Positions 9,672 to 19,069 of a DNA stretch of 64,000 bases are shown piece by piece. The number at the start of each line of letters is the position of its first letter. Position 1 is the first letter of the stretch. Both the position numbers and the translations under genes were made by a program. This stretch comes from a virus: positions 47,515 through 111,514 of IMG/VR virus record IMGVR_UViG_3300014501_000002; one strand, written 5' to 3'. The notes under the pieces are model-generated. The model saw only the letters and a list, made by a program, of their open reading frames with translations, was not told the origin of the DNA and did not search any database.

Positions 9672-10097
9672 TTAGAATACTATTGTGAGTCCGACATGAG
9701 CGCCAGGATAGAACGGATTGTACATGTAGTACGCCCCATCTGGGCCTTCATCCACGTAAACGCCGTCAGAATATGCCCAACCTACGGGCCATTCCTCGAA
9801 GTCGAACTGAAATCCACCATAGTAGAATCCCCATCCGCCGTCAATGCCGAACGGTGAACATACGAACACATGGCCTCGACCGAAATAGCGTCCGCGATAG
9901 TCGGCGTCAAAATGACGCCCATCGAAATGACCTCGTTCACGATCATGGTCTCCGCGAAATGCGCGATCGTCGCCTCTGTGCTGCTGTTGTGCGTGCTGAC
10001 CCCCTCGTCGATTCCCGCCTCCGTGTTCCTGGCGTTGCGCATAAACTGGCGCGGCCAGCAATGCCAATGTTAGTACAAATAGTACGATTGCTTTCAT
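9672..10097 (-). CDS. Secreted Gly/Arg/His-rich protein of acidobacterial type
   Basis: Signal peptide MKAIVLFVLTLALLAAPVYA; aromatic C-terminal domain WPVGWAYSDGVYVD...YYMYNPFYPG. Confidence 0.6.
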   Translation of the reverse strand: MKAIVLFVLTLALLAAPVYAQRQEHGGGNRRGGQHAQQQHRGDDRAFRGDHDRERGHFDGRHFDADYRGRYFGRGHVFVCSPFGIDGGWGFYYGGFQFDFEEWPVGWAYSDGVYVDEGPDGAYYMYNPFYPGAHVGLTIVF

Positions 10098-10113
10098 TTG
10101 TTCTCCTTTGTGG

Positions 10114-10290
10114 TAGAAATTTTAGGGCGGCCCTACACTCGGCGCCGCCCAACCGGTTTAACGTCTGACCGGTACTCGACGCGGGCCTTTACGTTGATCA
10201 GCCTATGTGGTGCGGGCGGCATTACCCGGTCGACACCTCGCATAGCCAACGTCGTGCCCTTTTATCCTGAGCCCTCGATGAAGCATCACC
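10114..10290 (-). ncRNA. Candidate structured leader / small RNA
   Basis: ~190-nt intergenic gap; nested stems GGGC/GCCC, ACGTTG/CAACGT, CTATG/CATAG, then GGGCGGC/GCCGCCC hairpin before RBS. Confidence 0.4.
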
Positions 10291-10463
10291 AGTTTACCCA
10301 GGTAAATTCGTATGAACCTTTCGGACCTTAATCTTGATATCGCTGTTCCGGACCGAGAATTCGTTGCCTCGACTGTCCTTGATGCGGGACAGGATCGCGC
10401 CCGACGCCAGTATACACACCGGCAGTCCTTGAAAGAACGCCACCTCCACGGTTCGTGTCCCGG

Positions 10464-10712
10464 TCATTCGGCCTCCATCGGTGCATTCAGTTCACGCCTC
10501 ACGTCGGCCAGCCAATAGTGTGCAGCGCAAACATATGAGGGTTGCATATCATCGCACGGTGTGCCCTCGCAGTTGCCGCACATATAGCCGATGTAATCAG
10601 GCAAGAACTTTAAGCCTCGCCGCAATAGCTTTTCTGCGTTGCTCGTGTCTTTCGGAAAAGTGATCGGGCCGTTTTGGATAACCATATCTTTGTATCGAAT
10701 CACCTTAGTCAT
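10464..10712 (-). CDS. Hypothetical protein with Cys cluster
   Basis: 82 aa, ATGA-coupled within small-gene run. Confidence 0.6.
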   Translation of the reverse strand: MTKVIRYKDMVIQNGPITFPKDTSNAEKLLRRGLKFLPDYIGYMCGNCEGTPCDDMQPSYVCAAHYWLADVRRELNAPMEAE

Positions 10713-10909
10713 GGTTTCTCCAATGTGTGCACGCCTAAAACTTCTCTACAATACTTCAGAAGCATCGTTCGGCATTCCTCTTCAGTACTGTAAGGTCCGT
10801 TTTCATCCGCCCACGTCTCTTCATAAAACCACCATGTACTGTCGGGATGTGAATGTACTGGGTCCGGAGGTTTCACGGAGTCGCAATCGTTTCTTTTTAA
10901 TTCACTCAT
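10709..10909 (-). CDS. Hypothetical phage protein
   Basis: 66 aa, WWFYEETWxDxxGPY motif, coupled overlaps. Confidence 0.6.
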   Translation of the reverse strand: MSELKRNDCDSVKPPDPVHSHPDSTWWFYEETWADENGPYSTEEECRTMLLKYCREVLGVHTLEKP

Positions 10910-11144
10910 AATTTTCCACCTCCATTACGGCGCTGGTTATAATTAACCGGCCGTCGGCTTTGTCGTGATAGGGCTCGCAGTTCAGGATCGCTGGGTAACC
11001 CAGTTGAATCTCCGGTATCTCAAGCAGCGCTCCGTTGTCGCCGCGCACGTATCCGGACTTTTCGGTCTCCGTGACGCGCGCCCACCGAAGATGCTCGGAG
11101 TCGATTTCGTAAATGCTTCCTGTACGAGTCTTGAATCGAATCAT
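10902..11144 (-). CDS. Hypothetical phage protein
   Basis: 80 aa, FxTxxGSxYEID...ITSxV motif. Confidence 0.6.
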   Translation of the reverse strand: MIRFKTRTGSIYEIDSEHLRWARVTETEKSGYVRGDNGALLEIPEIQLGYPAILNCEPYHDKADGRLIITSAVMEVENYE

Positions 11145-11365
11145 AGATCGCTCCTCAACACGCTGGCATCTATGTAGATATATCGCACCGGCACATGTTG
11201 GATTAGCATGGGCTCGAAGCCATCGATGTGTAACACGCGCCAGTTTGACCGATAGATGTGCCCCATTTGAATATCCGGTATCTCAAACAGCATTGCCTCG
11301 CGTCCAACCACGTATGTACGATATGGTGCGCCTGTTACAGTCGGTTGCGTAAGATGAATCGTCAT
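11141..11365 (-). CDS. Hypothetical protein
   Basis: 74 aa, ATGA overlaps both sides. Confidence 0.55.
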   Translation of the reverse strand: MTIHLTQPTVTGAPYRTYVVGREAMLFEIPDIQMGHIYRSNWRVLHIDGFEPMLIQHVPVRYIYIDASVLRSDL

Positions 11366-11703
11366 ACGAATTTCCTCCCGTAAAACTTGATGATGACTTG
11401 TTCCATGCGCGCTTTGCCTGCTGGATTCGCGGAATGTACACGCACGCCGCCGCTCGGCCAGAATTGCGGATGTTGCTTCAGGAACAGGACGACATCGTAG
11501 CCGGACAGTTGGCCGTCTTCGTAAATCTTACCTAGGTAGCCGCCTAGGGTCATCTGACCTTCGGACAGGTCGTGGTCTAGCGACGCCACAGTCACCACTC
11601 CGGTACGGAATATGGAGACCGCTTCCTCCGCGGTCTTGGCCCAGTACCAATCCGGTCTGCCAAAATCCACCGGGTCACGGATGTCATCCAACCAAAGTTT
11701 CAT
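11362..11703 (-). CDS. Cyclic-phosphate-processing receiver-domain protein (RNA-repair associated)
   Basis: LWLDDxR, SLDHDL, GYD, VHSANPxG motifs. Confidence 0.8.
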   Translation of the reverse strand: MKLWLDDIRDPVDFGRPDWYWAKTAEEAVSIFRTGVVTVASLDHDLSEGQMTLGGYLGKIYEDGQLSGYDVVLFLKQHPQFWPSGGVRVHSANPAGKARMEQVIIKFYGRKFV

Positions 11704-12064
11704 CGTTTTCCTCCATGTGAATCGTCAGGATTCGTCTACGAGATTCATTATCCACGAGCGCGTTGAAGATGTCAAGCCATTTTTTCATGTGTTTATTTGC
11801 CTCGTACATGTTGTGCACCTTCGGTTCGTCAAAAGTCGAGGTCCACGGCTCACCGACGCATTCTTCCGTGTGGAACCGGACGTCGAACTTCACAGAGTTT
11901 TCCGAATTGCAGTAAAAAGACGATTCAAGGCATCGGCGTGATTTTGTGCGTCGTCCTTTAAACCGTATTTTATGCTACTCACAAATCCACCTGATCCGAT
12001 CACCACCCACGTGCTGCCTTCCCCGCAATTCGGACAACCTAGATGTTCATGCTGAACTTCGTAT

Positions 12065-12463
12065 TTACCAGAGGTCATGGAACGCTCCTTGTTTAGCTTT
12101 ATCCATCATGCAATCCTGAAAAGCTACGCCGTGATCACCATCGGGCAACGGTTGCTCTACGTTCTCTTCGACCCACACGTGGCACATTTCGTGGATCAGG
12201 CTCTCCTGCGTCGTAACCGTCGCGAGATTCGTCACCGTGTCGATCTGAATTACATAGCGCTGGTCTATGACGCTGGTCAGCCCCATTGCTTTCCGCGACG
12301 TTAAATCGTCCCACTTAACGATTGTGTTCTGTGGCAGACTGTCCCCGAAGTACCGGATATTGTACCAAGCGTACCACGGTTGCAGCGCCAGGCGTTCCGG
12401 GCGGGCGTACAGTGCGGCGCCCATGAGAACGGACAGTATCGCGAGCATCCGAAGCATCTTCAT
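12065..12463 (-). CDS. SprT-like zincin metalloprotease with signal peptide
   Basis: LIHEMCH (HExxH) and HGxxF; N-terminal hydrophobic signal. Confidence 0.75.
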   Translation of the reverse strand: MKMLRMLAILSVLMGAALYARPERLALQPWYAWYNIRYFGDSLPQNTIVKWDDLTSRKAMGLTSVIDQRYVIQIDTVTNLATVTTQESLIHEMCHVWVEENVEQPLPDGDHGVAFQDCMMDKAKQGAFHDLW

Positions 12464-12711
12464 ACGGACCAGTTGTACTTGATCACAGGAACCGGAACCG
12501 CCACGGATTCCGCGACGCTAAATACCCCGTATTCCTCATGCCGGTTTAAAATGAACGCATTCGTGTATTTGCACGGATAGGATTCTAAGTGCTCCCGAGC
12601 CTCGACTGCGGACCTAAAATTTCCTAGGGTGCGGAATCTATTGCACAAAATTTCGTTGTTCGGATCGTAAATAATTAACGCAAATTGCTTGATTGCTCCA
12701 TTGTCTCTCAT
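12460..12711 (-). CDS. Hypothetical protein
   Basis: 83 aa, GGAGG RBS. Confidence 0.55.
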   Translation of the reverse strand: MRDNGAIKQFALIIYDPNNEILCNRFRTLGNFRSAVEAREHLESYPCKYTNAFILNRHEEYGVFSVAESVAVPVPVIKYNWSV

Positions 12712-12720
12712 GGTTCCTCC

Positions 12721-13083
12721 TTAGAGTAAATTGTCGTACGCGCCGATTCGAATCAACCGACGTTTGTTCGCTTCGAAAGTCTCATCATGATGCACATGCA
12801 ACCCGGCCGCCAGATGGAGCATTTCATGCTGCAGGACGATGAACACGATCCTCCGGCCGCAGTTCCATACCGCCTTGCTGAACGTGATCTTATAGTACAG
12901 CAACGCGTGCGCCTGATCAGCCATGCGTGCACACTCTCCGGACTGGCCGTAACCCATTCGATCCACTCCGAAGGTTACGTTCTTCGGTAGCGAGTCCGAG
13001 AAGCACATCCGATTGATCTGTGCGTACCGCCGTTGCACATCCTTAACTGTTACTCGGCGTACTCGCTTCCGTGGTTTGACCAT
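12721..13083 (-). CDS. SprT-like zincin metalloprotease
   Basis: LQHEMLH and HxxxF motif. Confidence 0.7.
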   Translation of the reverse strand: MVKPRKRVRRVTVKDVQRRYAQINRMCFSDSLPKNVTFGVDRMGYGQSGECARMADQAHALLYYKITFSKAVWNCGRRIVFIVLQHEMLHLAAGLHVHHDETFEANKRRLIRIGAYDNLL

Positions 13084-13273
13084 GTTCCTCCTTGTCTTCG
13101 GGCCAGATTTGGGGAATCAGGAGCCGCGTAATGTCTCGGCCGTCGTCACTTGTGAGTAGCGGCGCCGCGTACACGTTCTCTTTCAGGATCATGCCGCCGC
13201 GCTTGAACCGCTCTGGATACGCGTCCCAATTGTCTCCGTACCGCTCTTTCATTCTGTCGCCGATGTTGTCCAT
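13043..13273 (-). pseudogene. Internally deleted Thg1-like (tRNA-His guanylyltransferase) remnant
   Basis: MDNIGDRMKE (Thg1-like N-terminus) fused directly to GxNWxxYPxxFKRG (C-terminal motif); catalytic core absent; GGAGG RBS. Confidence 0.55.
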
Positions 13274-13283
13274 GATGCCTCCT

Positions 13284-14360
13284 TTAAATATTTGTGTCGA
13301 GCAGTGCGAGCAGTGCCACTTTCTCGTAATCTTGATATACGCTAAAGGCCGCACTGTCTCCTAATTTGAAAAGTGTCGTTGGTTCCTTGATTTGCTTGAT
13401 CCCACCGTCTTCCACTGCCTTTAAAAATTTCTCCACGTAGCTCGTATTCTTGATATCGAATATCCGGGTGTAGTTCATCGTCGCGAACTCCCGGAACCAA
13501 CCGCTACACAGATTCGTACATATACGCATAAGCGCCCAATCGAATGCATCTTGCGAGTTGGAAATCTTCCCGCCCGCGAAAAGCATCGGGATGATGCACC
13601 GTTCAAGAGCAATCACGTACGCCTCTTCGAGCACGCCTCGGCATTGGTCATCGATCGGTAACGCGAAGAACTTTTCCTTCGAACATTTAACTGAGCCCTC
13701 GGGCTCGCCGTCCTTCTTGTAATACGTGAACATTGGGCGGGTTCGGTACGCCATGACCTGATGGATTTCATCGTGCACGAAAGTCTTGTTGGACACATTG
13801 TCGTTGAAGAATTCACCGGCCACTTTATTGAGACTCGGAGTCTTCAACTTCCCTTCGCACAATTCAGTCTCACCTTCTCGGATTTTGGTGATTAACGGGA
13901 GGCGGTCCACAAGTTGATATGGGCGGGCACCGGGATATCCACCAAGGTGTTCGTGCATGAGCATCAGGTCTTGAATGTGTTTCTTCCACGCGCGCGGGTA
14001 ATGCCGGTGCGCTTTCTTGATCGAATACAGCACTTCCAACGGCGCGTAGATCATTTTGATCGGGGCACCATGCGCTCTGAACAAATAGCGTGTGAATGGG
14101 TTTGTTTCCGCGACGTAACTCATGTACATTCTGCCGGATTCAGACTGGTGAAGCATTTCAAATTCAACAGTCACATTATTGGCATGCTCGAATCCTTGCC
14201 ATTTGTACTCGGCGATTTGTTTTAGCGCGAGCCCGTTGCCGTCCGCGTAGTCGTTCATTTCCGCCTCGGTGCAGATTACGTCTAGGTCGGCGGGCACCCG
14301 AAACGGTTGCCTTAGACTGAACATAACCTGCGCCAGAGCGGTGCTACCGATTACGAGCAT
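13284..14360 (-). CDS. Phage Pol-beta-like nucleotidyltransferase-fold protein
   Basis: N-terminal IGS...PxDLD signature; HDxIH and EExYV motifs. Confidence 0.55.
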   Translation of the reverse strand: MLVIGSTALAQVMFSLRQPFRVPADLDVICTEAEMNDYADGNGLALKQIAEYKWQGFEHANNVTVEFEMLHQSESGRMYMSYVAETNPFTRYLFRAHGAPIKMIYAPLEVLYSIKKAHRHYPRAWKKHIQDLMLMHEHLGGYPGARPYQLVDRLPLITKIREGETELCEGKLKTPSLNKVAGEFFNDNVSNKTFVHDEIHQVMAYRTRPMFTYYKKDGEPEGSVKCSKEKFFALPIDDQCRGVLEEAYVIALERCIIPMLFAGGKISNSQDAFDWALMRICTNLCSGWFREFATMNYTRIFDIKNTSYVEKFLKAVEDGGIKQIKEPTTLFKLGDSAAFSVYQDYEKVALLALLDTNI

Positions 14361-14929
14361 TAATAGCTCGGCTTGTACGACGAATTGTACGAATATTCCG
14401 TCGCCGTCCCGATTTCGGACTCCTTAAGGTCTTCCTCGTCGATATTGATGTTGAACGGAAGTCCGGCCGCGAGAGCGTCCCGGTTGAGCGCATAGATCAG
14501 TTCGGCCGTGGGCTCGCTGGTAACGTCGTTGTTCCGAAAATCGGCCAGGATTTTATCCAGCCGCTTGTACGCCTCGATGATTGTGAGTTTCTTGGGTGCC
14601 ATGTATTCCTCCTTTGGTTTCGATAGAATTTTATTCAAGTTCCCGAGAAAAGTCAACATGTAAGATGGTGCGTCGTGCATCGTTGACAAATTCGGCATAG
14701 ACTCTTTCAGTTCGGTCATGGTGAGTTGCCGGTAGCCGATCAACTTGGACAGGTAGTCCTTGTCAACCAATTCTATGCCGTCCGGAGCGATGATTATCGG
14801 CACACTGAATGTCATGTTCAGTATCTTACCTGCCTTCTTTAGTCTCTCGGCGGCTTCGGACGTCTTGACTACCAGGATATCTCCCGGCGCCAACTTAAGC
14901 TGTTTTACTTCGTGAGTAGTCACGGTCAT
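14360..14929 (-). CDS. Hypothetical protein
   Basis: 189 aa, coupled overlaps. Confidence 0.6.
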   Translation of the reverse strand: MTVTTHEVKQLKLAPGDILVVKTSEAAERLKKAGKILNMTFSVPIIIAPDGIELVDKDYLSKLIGYRQLTMTELKESMPNLSTMHDAPSYMLTFLGNLNKILSKPKEEYMAPKKLTIIEAYKRLDKILADFRNNDVTSEPTAELIYALNRDALAAGLPFNINIDEEDLKESEIGTATEYSYNSSYKPSY

Positions 14930-15153
14930 AGCCCTTCCTTTTCCACGCGTCGTTGTACTTCCTTAATGTGTTCACATTTCATGCGTGGATGAAACATCTT
15001 GTGCGTACAGTCGCACCGGAACGTGAGCCCAGTACCCCGACGGCTGGCCGTCACTAGATGACGGCTTAGGGGATTCGATCGGGATTCGGTCTCCGCGTAA
15101 AGCACGATCCCCGATTTGGCATCCTTCGCTCTCTTGAACCGATAAATTTTCAT
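14926..15153 (-). CDS. SWIM zinc-finger protein
   Basis: CxC...CxH motif (CDC...KCEHI). Confidence 0.65.
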   Translation of the reverse strand: MKIYRFKRAKDAKSGIVLYAETESRSNPLSRHLVTASRRGTGLTFRCDCTHKMFHPRMKCEHIKEVQRRVEKEGL

Positions 15154-15169
15154 GTGCCCTCCATCACCG

Positions 15170-15198
15170 AGTCTATGTTAATTTCGAACCCTTGTCAA
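15170..15198 (-). promoter_or_regulatory. Sigma70-like promoter
   Basis: TTGACA-N17-TAGACT then GGAGG. Confidence 0.65.
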
Positions 15199-15794
15199 GC
15201 TTTTTCTTCATCTCTCGTTATTTCGGCCCCGACATACCTGCCGCCGATTTCAGTCGTCGAAGACAAATATTCTACGCTCCCGGCGACCGCAGCTTCTGTT
15301 CGCGCTTCAATCTCATCATACGACATGCCGTCCGGATCAACCCATTTTCCATCTGTGGTCGACACAAACTTGAATATGCCGTGCGGGTCCGTATCCCATC
15401 CACCGCGATTTAAGTATTCCACGGCGATTTCCTCAACCTGGCCGAGGTAGTTCGTCGGGCACGTGTGTTCATTATAGTGGTATCGTTGATGTTCGGCATA
15501 CTCTTCTAGGCTATCTTTCTGGCAATGCCTGTATTTCCACGCGTTCAGTGTGAGTCGGATTCTTGGAACCGTATCAGACATAAGAACCACCGTGACTGGT
15601 GTCTCTACTTCGCCGCTCGGAGACACTGTCATTTCTACGAACGCGCCCAACCGTTTTCCTCGGACGTACACGTGACATTGATTGCAGGCCCAGGGACCGA
15701 AAGCGGAGTTGGCCGGTATCTGGTCGATCTGGAATTCTCCATCCTTGCAGTTCGGGCATTGCGCATACAGCTTCACAATCGGTCGCGTGACCAT
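15195..15794 (-). CDS. Hypothetical Zn-ribbon protein
   Basis: CPNC...CNQC; YxEHTCPTN motif. Confidence 0.6.
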   Translation of the reverse strand: MVTRPIVKLYAQCPNCKDGEFQIDQIPANSAFGPWACNQCHVYVRGKRLGAFVEMTVSPSGEVETPVTVVLMSDTVPRIRLTLNAWKYRHCQKDSLEEYAEHQRYHYNEHTCPTNYLGQVEEIAVEYLNRGGWDTDPHGIFKFVSTTDGKWVDPDGMSYDEIEARTEAAVAGSVEYLSSTTEIGGRYVGAEITRDEEKA

Positions 15795-16172
15795 CAGTAT
15801 TTCCTCACGCGCAAAAGAGCATGAAGTTCCTTTAAGAGCTCAGCACGACCGGCTTCCATAGCTCGGTCGAGAAGCACCGCGATTTCTTCGGTGACCTTGA
15901 CAGTAACCGTGTTGTTACTTTCGGGAGAGTATGTATACGTGCACTGCCAGTCATTCAATTCTGGACCCGCTTTGTAAATTTGGAACGTCATAATTCCTCC
16001 ACTTCGATCACTTCGAATTTGTTTCCTGATTCTTCGATGTCATACCACGTGCGTAAGCAACGGGTGCACACATTGTCGGACAGCGAATGCCTGTACGTCG
16101 TGATCTTCTTACCGTCCGCGGTATACGTTAGTTTACGCGCGCACGGACTTTCGAATCTAAGTTCTCCAGTCA

Positions 16173-16508
16173 TTATTCCACCTTTCCGAGTGTCCGGGAA
16201 TACTCTTTATATTTTTCGATCTTATCCCACTTAGCGTTCTTAATCTTCACCAATTCTATAGGGCTCACAGACGGGATCTCTCCGCAAAATGTTAGAAAAT
16301 CGATTATCGCGAGAAGATCGTTGATTTCGCCACGCAGCCGCTGCGCATTGGTCTTCCTCATTTCATCCGTCATCGCTCGGCCCGCATTGATTACGTTCGT
16401 CGCCTGGGATTCCTCGGCGCCGAATTGAATCTGTTTCAGGGCACGCTGTGCAACTTCGGTGCACTCTTCGGCAAGCTTCGTGAGTAAGAACTGTGCGTGA
16501 TCAAGCAT
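16173..16508 (-). CDS. MazG-like NTP pyrophosphohydrolase
   Basis: LAEECxEV...LRGEINDL (EExxE / ExxD). Confidence 0.65.
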   Translation of the reverse strand: MLDHAQFLLTKLAEECTEVAQRALKQIQFGAEESQATNVINAGRAMTDEMRKTNAQRLRGEINDLLAIIDFLTFCGEIPSVSPIELVKIKNAKWDKIEKYKEYSRTLGKVE

Positions 16509-16847
16509 TATTTAATCTCCTTGTCGCGGGCCTTCACGATTGTAAGGCACGGTTTGCAGTACACGAAACGGCCGTACTTAACCTTCTCGCCTTCGATGAT
16601 TTTGGTACAGCGTGCGCAGCCCTGGTTCATTGGCGGCTTTCCAGGTCGACATACGTGGTGGGTATGTGGTACGACGATCCCGTTTTGTCCCAGCCACCAC
16701 GAATCTCACCGCTCTGCTGGTCGATGATTTCCACGTAATGTTGCTTCGGACGACCGACTTTCTTTGCGGCCATCCACAACTCGTTCGCGCGTGGATTCTT
16801 GCGCTTGGTGTGATCCTTGGACTTCCCTACTCTGATATCGGTTGTCA

Positions 16848-17465
16848 TTAGTATCTCTCTGCCTCAAGACGAGTAATGAAGAAATGAATGCCTCCGCCGC
16901 ATTCTTCCCAGCGATTCTCATCCCACTGACCGCACTTTACAATCTGTCCCTTTCGATATTCAGTAAATCCGTCATGTTTAGAGATTCCGACTTCTCCACC
17001 GAAGACCTGAAGTACCTGAACGTATTCAGCCCGGCATTTTCGACTTGTAGAATTAGACCTTCGAGCCTTTTGAGGAACTAAAACTTTCACGATGATATCA
17101 TTCCGACATTTCTTCCATCCCACCAAGTTGCCCTCTGGAAGCAGAGTTGTAACGGCTGCCGCGTATTCAAAGTTTTTGGCGAATTGCAAGTTGGCGAATT
17201 GCAAGTTGGCGAATTGCAAGTTGGCGAATTGCAAGTCGGCGAATTGCAAGTTGGCGAATTGCAAGTCGGCGGATCGCAAGTTGGCGAATCGCAAGTCGGC
17301 GGATCGCAAGTCGGCGGATCGCAAGTCGGCGGATCGCAAGTCGGCGGATCGCAAGTCGGCGGATCGCAAGTCTATTTTTGCCTTAATCGCTTCTAATACT
17401 AATTCTTTTACTGTGCTGACTGCAGCTGAGAATAGTACGTCTCCAAATATATTTTTAAGATCCAT
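16848..17465 (-). CDS. Pentapeptide-repeat protein with DUF5758-like C-terminal domain
   Basis: 15-bp tandem repeats encoding (S/F)A(D/N)L(R/Q); GWKK...KCRAE...CGGGIHFF. Confidence 0.9.
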   Translation of the reverse strand: MDLKNIFGDVLFSAAVSTVKELVLEAIKAKIDLRSADLRSADLRSADLRSADLRSADLRFANLRSADLQFANLQFADLQFANLQFANLQFANLQFAKNFEYAAAVTTLLPEGNLVGWKKCRNDIIVKVLVPQKARRSNSTSRKCRAEYVQVLQVFGGEVGISKHDGFTEYRKGQIVKCGQWDENRWEECGGGIHFFITRLEAERY

Positions 17466-17484
17466 TAGGTGTCCTCCTAGAATT

Positions 17485-17592
17485 TTGTGGTGGCGAAGGT
17501 TGTGCCCGTAACAGGTCCAATTGGGTCTAAAGGCCCAATGAATCTACAGCGGCGTCTTCGCCCGTCCGAGTGCTACTCGGCGACTCCCACAA
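17485..17592 (-). ncRNA. Candidate structured RNA with acceptor-like stem and ACCA
   Basis: TTGTGG/CCACAA, CCGAGT/ACTCGG, GGCGAAG/CTTCGCC+ACCA, ATTGGG/CCCAAT; TTGACA just upstream. Confidence 0.55.
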
Positions 17593-17602
17593 CTGAATAG
17601 TC

Positions 17603-19069
17603 TCAAATTTCTTTCTTCTTGTCAAGCAAATTATCGGCGCGCTCCTGCTTCGCTACGAGCATCTGAACTTGTCGCTCGGACAGCGAACCCTCCATGACTA
17701 GATGCTTGTACATGACTTGCTCAGTCTGACCGCGCCGGTGAATGCGATCTTCCATTTGCGTTACGTCACCGGGGACAAAAGATCGCTCCGGGAAGATCAT
17801 TAATTTGCTAGCCGTCATGGTGAATCCTACGCCTCCCGCGCCGATCGTACAAACCAGGACCGTGAATCCCGGATCGGTTTGAAACCAATCAACAATCGCC
17901 TGCCTGGTTTTCGCGGGAACCTCGCCGGTGATCAGCAGAGACTTGCTTCCGAACGCGTCGGCGATTTTCTGCGCAACTTCTTTGTGGTAGCAGGCTATAA
18001 CAATCTTGTTATATTCTTCCAAATCCGATTCCGCTATTTCTATGCACGGGTCGACCATCACTAGCCCGACTTCCAACATCTTCGTGCTGAATCCACCGAA
18101 ATCGGTCTCCAGAAGTAATTCCTCGCGGCCCTTGGCGTACGCGTCGTACTCCTTCATCTGCTTGTCCAGAACCTTGCGCAGCGCCTTGCCCGGTTGGATG
18201 GGCACGATCATCCGCCGCTTCGGCTTAAGCTGCGGCATGATATCGGCCTTGAGGCGCCGGATCATGAACTTTGCGCGCATGTACTCCTGCAACTCTTGCT
18301 CGTTTTCACAGCCATCCCACATCCATCCGACGTGCGTCTCTTTGCGCTGCCCGTTGACAAATTCGAAACCGGTGATTTCCTGCAGGCTGCAATAACGCTT
18401 CGCGTAAGTGAACCAGTCCGCGCCTAGGCCGGTCGGGTCCATGACCTGAATCAGGTTCCACAATTCCTTTGGCTTGCCGTTCAGCGTAGGCGTGCCGGTA
18501 AGGCAGAGTTGTCGCTTGCAGGGGATTGGCGACACGCGCTCTACGATCTTCTTGGTGGAACTGTCTCGGCGGATGCCGCCCCACGTCTCGCGCGTGCGAT
18601 CCGCTTTCTTGGACTTCAGCTTGTGCACTTCGTCGATAATCATCAAGTCCCACGGCTGCGCGCGCAACGGGGCTCGGTAGGCCTTCAAAATTTCATAATT
18701 TACTATACATACGTCGGTCCCAGGAAACGTTCCGTGAATGCCTTCCGCTATACCGACACTGAGGCCTTTGATGTCCCACTTGAGAAATTCGCGACGCCAG
18801 TGCGGTTTTAGGAAGCCGGGGCAGATGATCAGGACGCGACGAATGTCTAGGAGCAGGTTGCATAGGCCGATCGCCTGGATCGTTTTCCCGGAGCCTGGGT
18901 CATCGCCGTTGAGGGAGTTTTGACGCAGCGAAGAGTATTCAATTCCGGCTATTTGATATGGGTCGTACGAGAGCCCGGACGGGCAAGGAACAACAAGGTC
19001 AGAGGTGAGCGCGCGACTTGGATCGCGGCGAGCAGCGGCGAGGCCGCGGATGTGCTTCAAACGAATCAA
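17603..19069 (-). CDS. SNF2-family (HARP/SMARCAL1-like) helicase
   Basis: GSGKT, IIDEVH, LTGTP, GVGFTMT, QMEDRIHRRGQ. Confidence 0.92.
   Translation of the reverse strand: MIRLKHIRGLAAARRDPSRALTSDLVVPCPSGLSYDPYQIAGIEYSSLRQNSLNGDDPGSGKTIQAIGLCNLLLDIRRVLIICPGFLKPHWRREFLKWDIKGLSVGIAEGIHGTFPGTDVCIVNYEILKAYRAPLRAQPWDLMIIDEVHKLKSKKADRTRETWGGIRRDSSTKKIVERVSPIPCKRQLCLTGTPTLNGKPKELWNLIQVMDPTGLGADWFTYAKRYCSLQEITGFEFVNGQRKETHVGWMWDGCENEQELQEYMRAKFMIRRLKADIMPQLKPKRRMIVPIQPGKALRKVLDKQMKEYDAYAKGREELLLETDFGGFSTKMLEVGLVMVDPCIEIAESDLEEYNKIVIACYHKEVAQKIADAFGSKSLLITGEVPAKTRQAIVDWFQTDPGFTVLVCTIGAGGVGFTMTASKLMIFPERSFVPGDVTQMEDRIHRRGQTEQVMYKHLVMEGSLSERQVQMLVAKQERADNLLDKKKEI

Noticed and set aside
17176-17370. Non-coding tandem repeat or diversity-generating region
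   Set aside because: The 15-bp units simply encode pentapeptide repeats; no reverse transcriptase in the window
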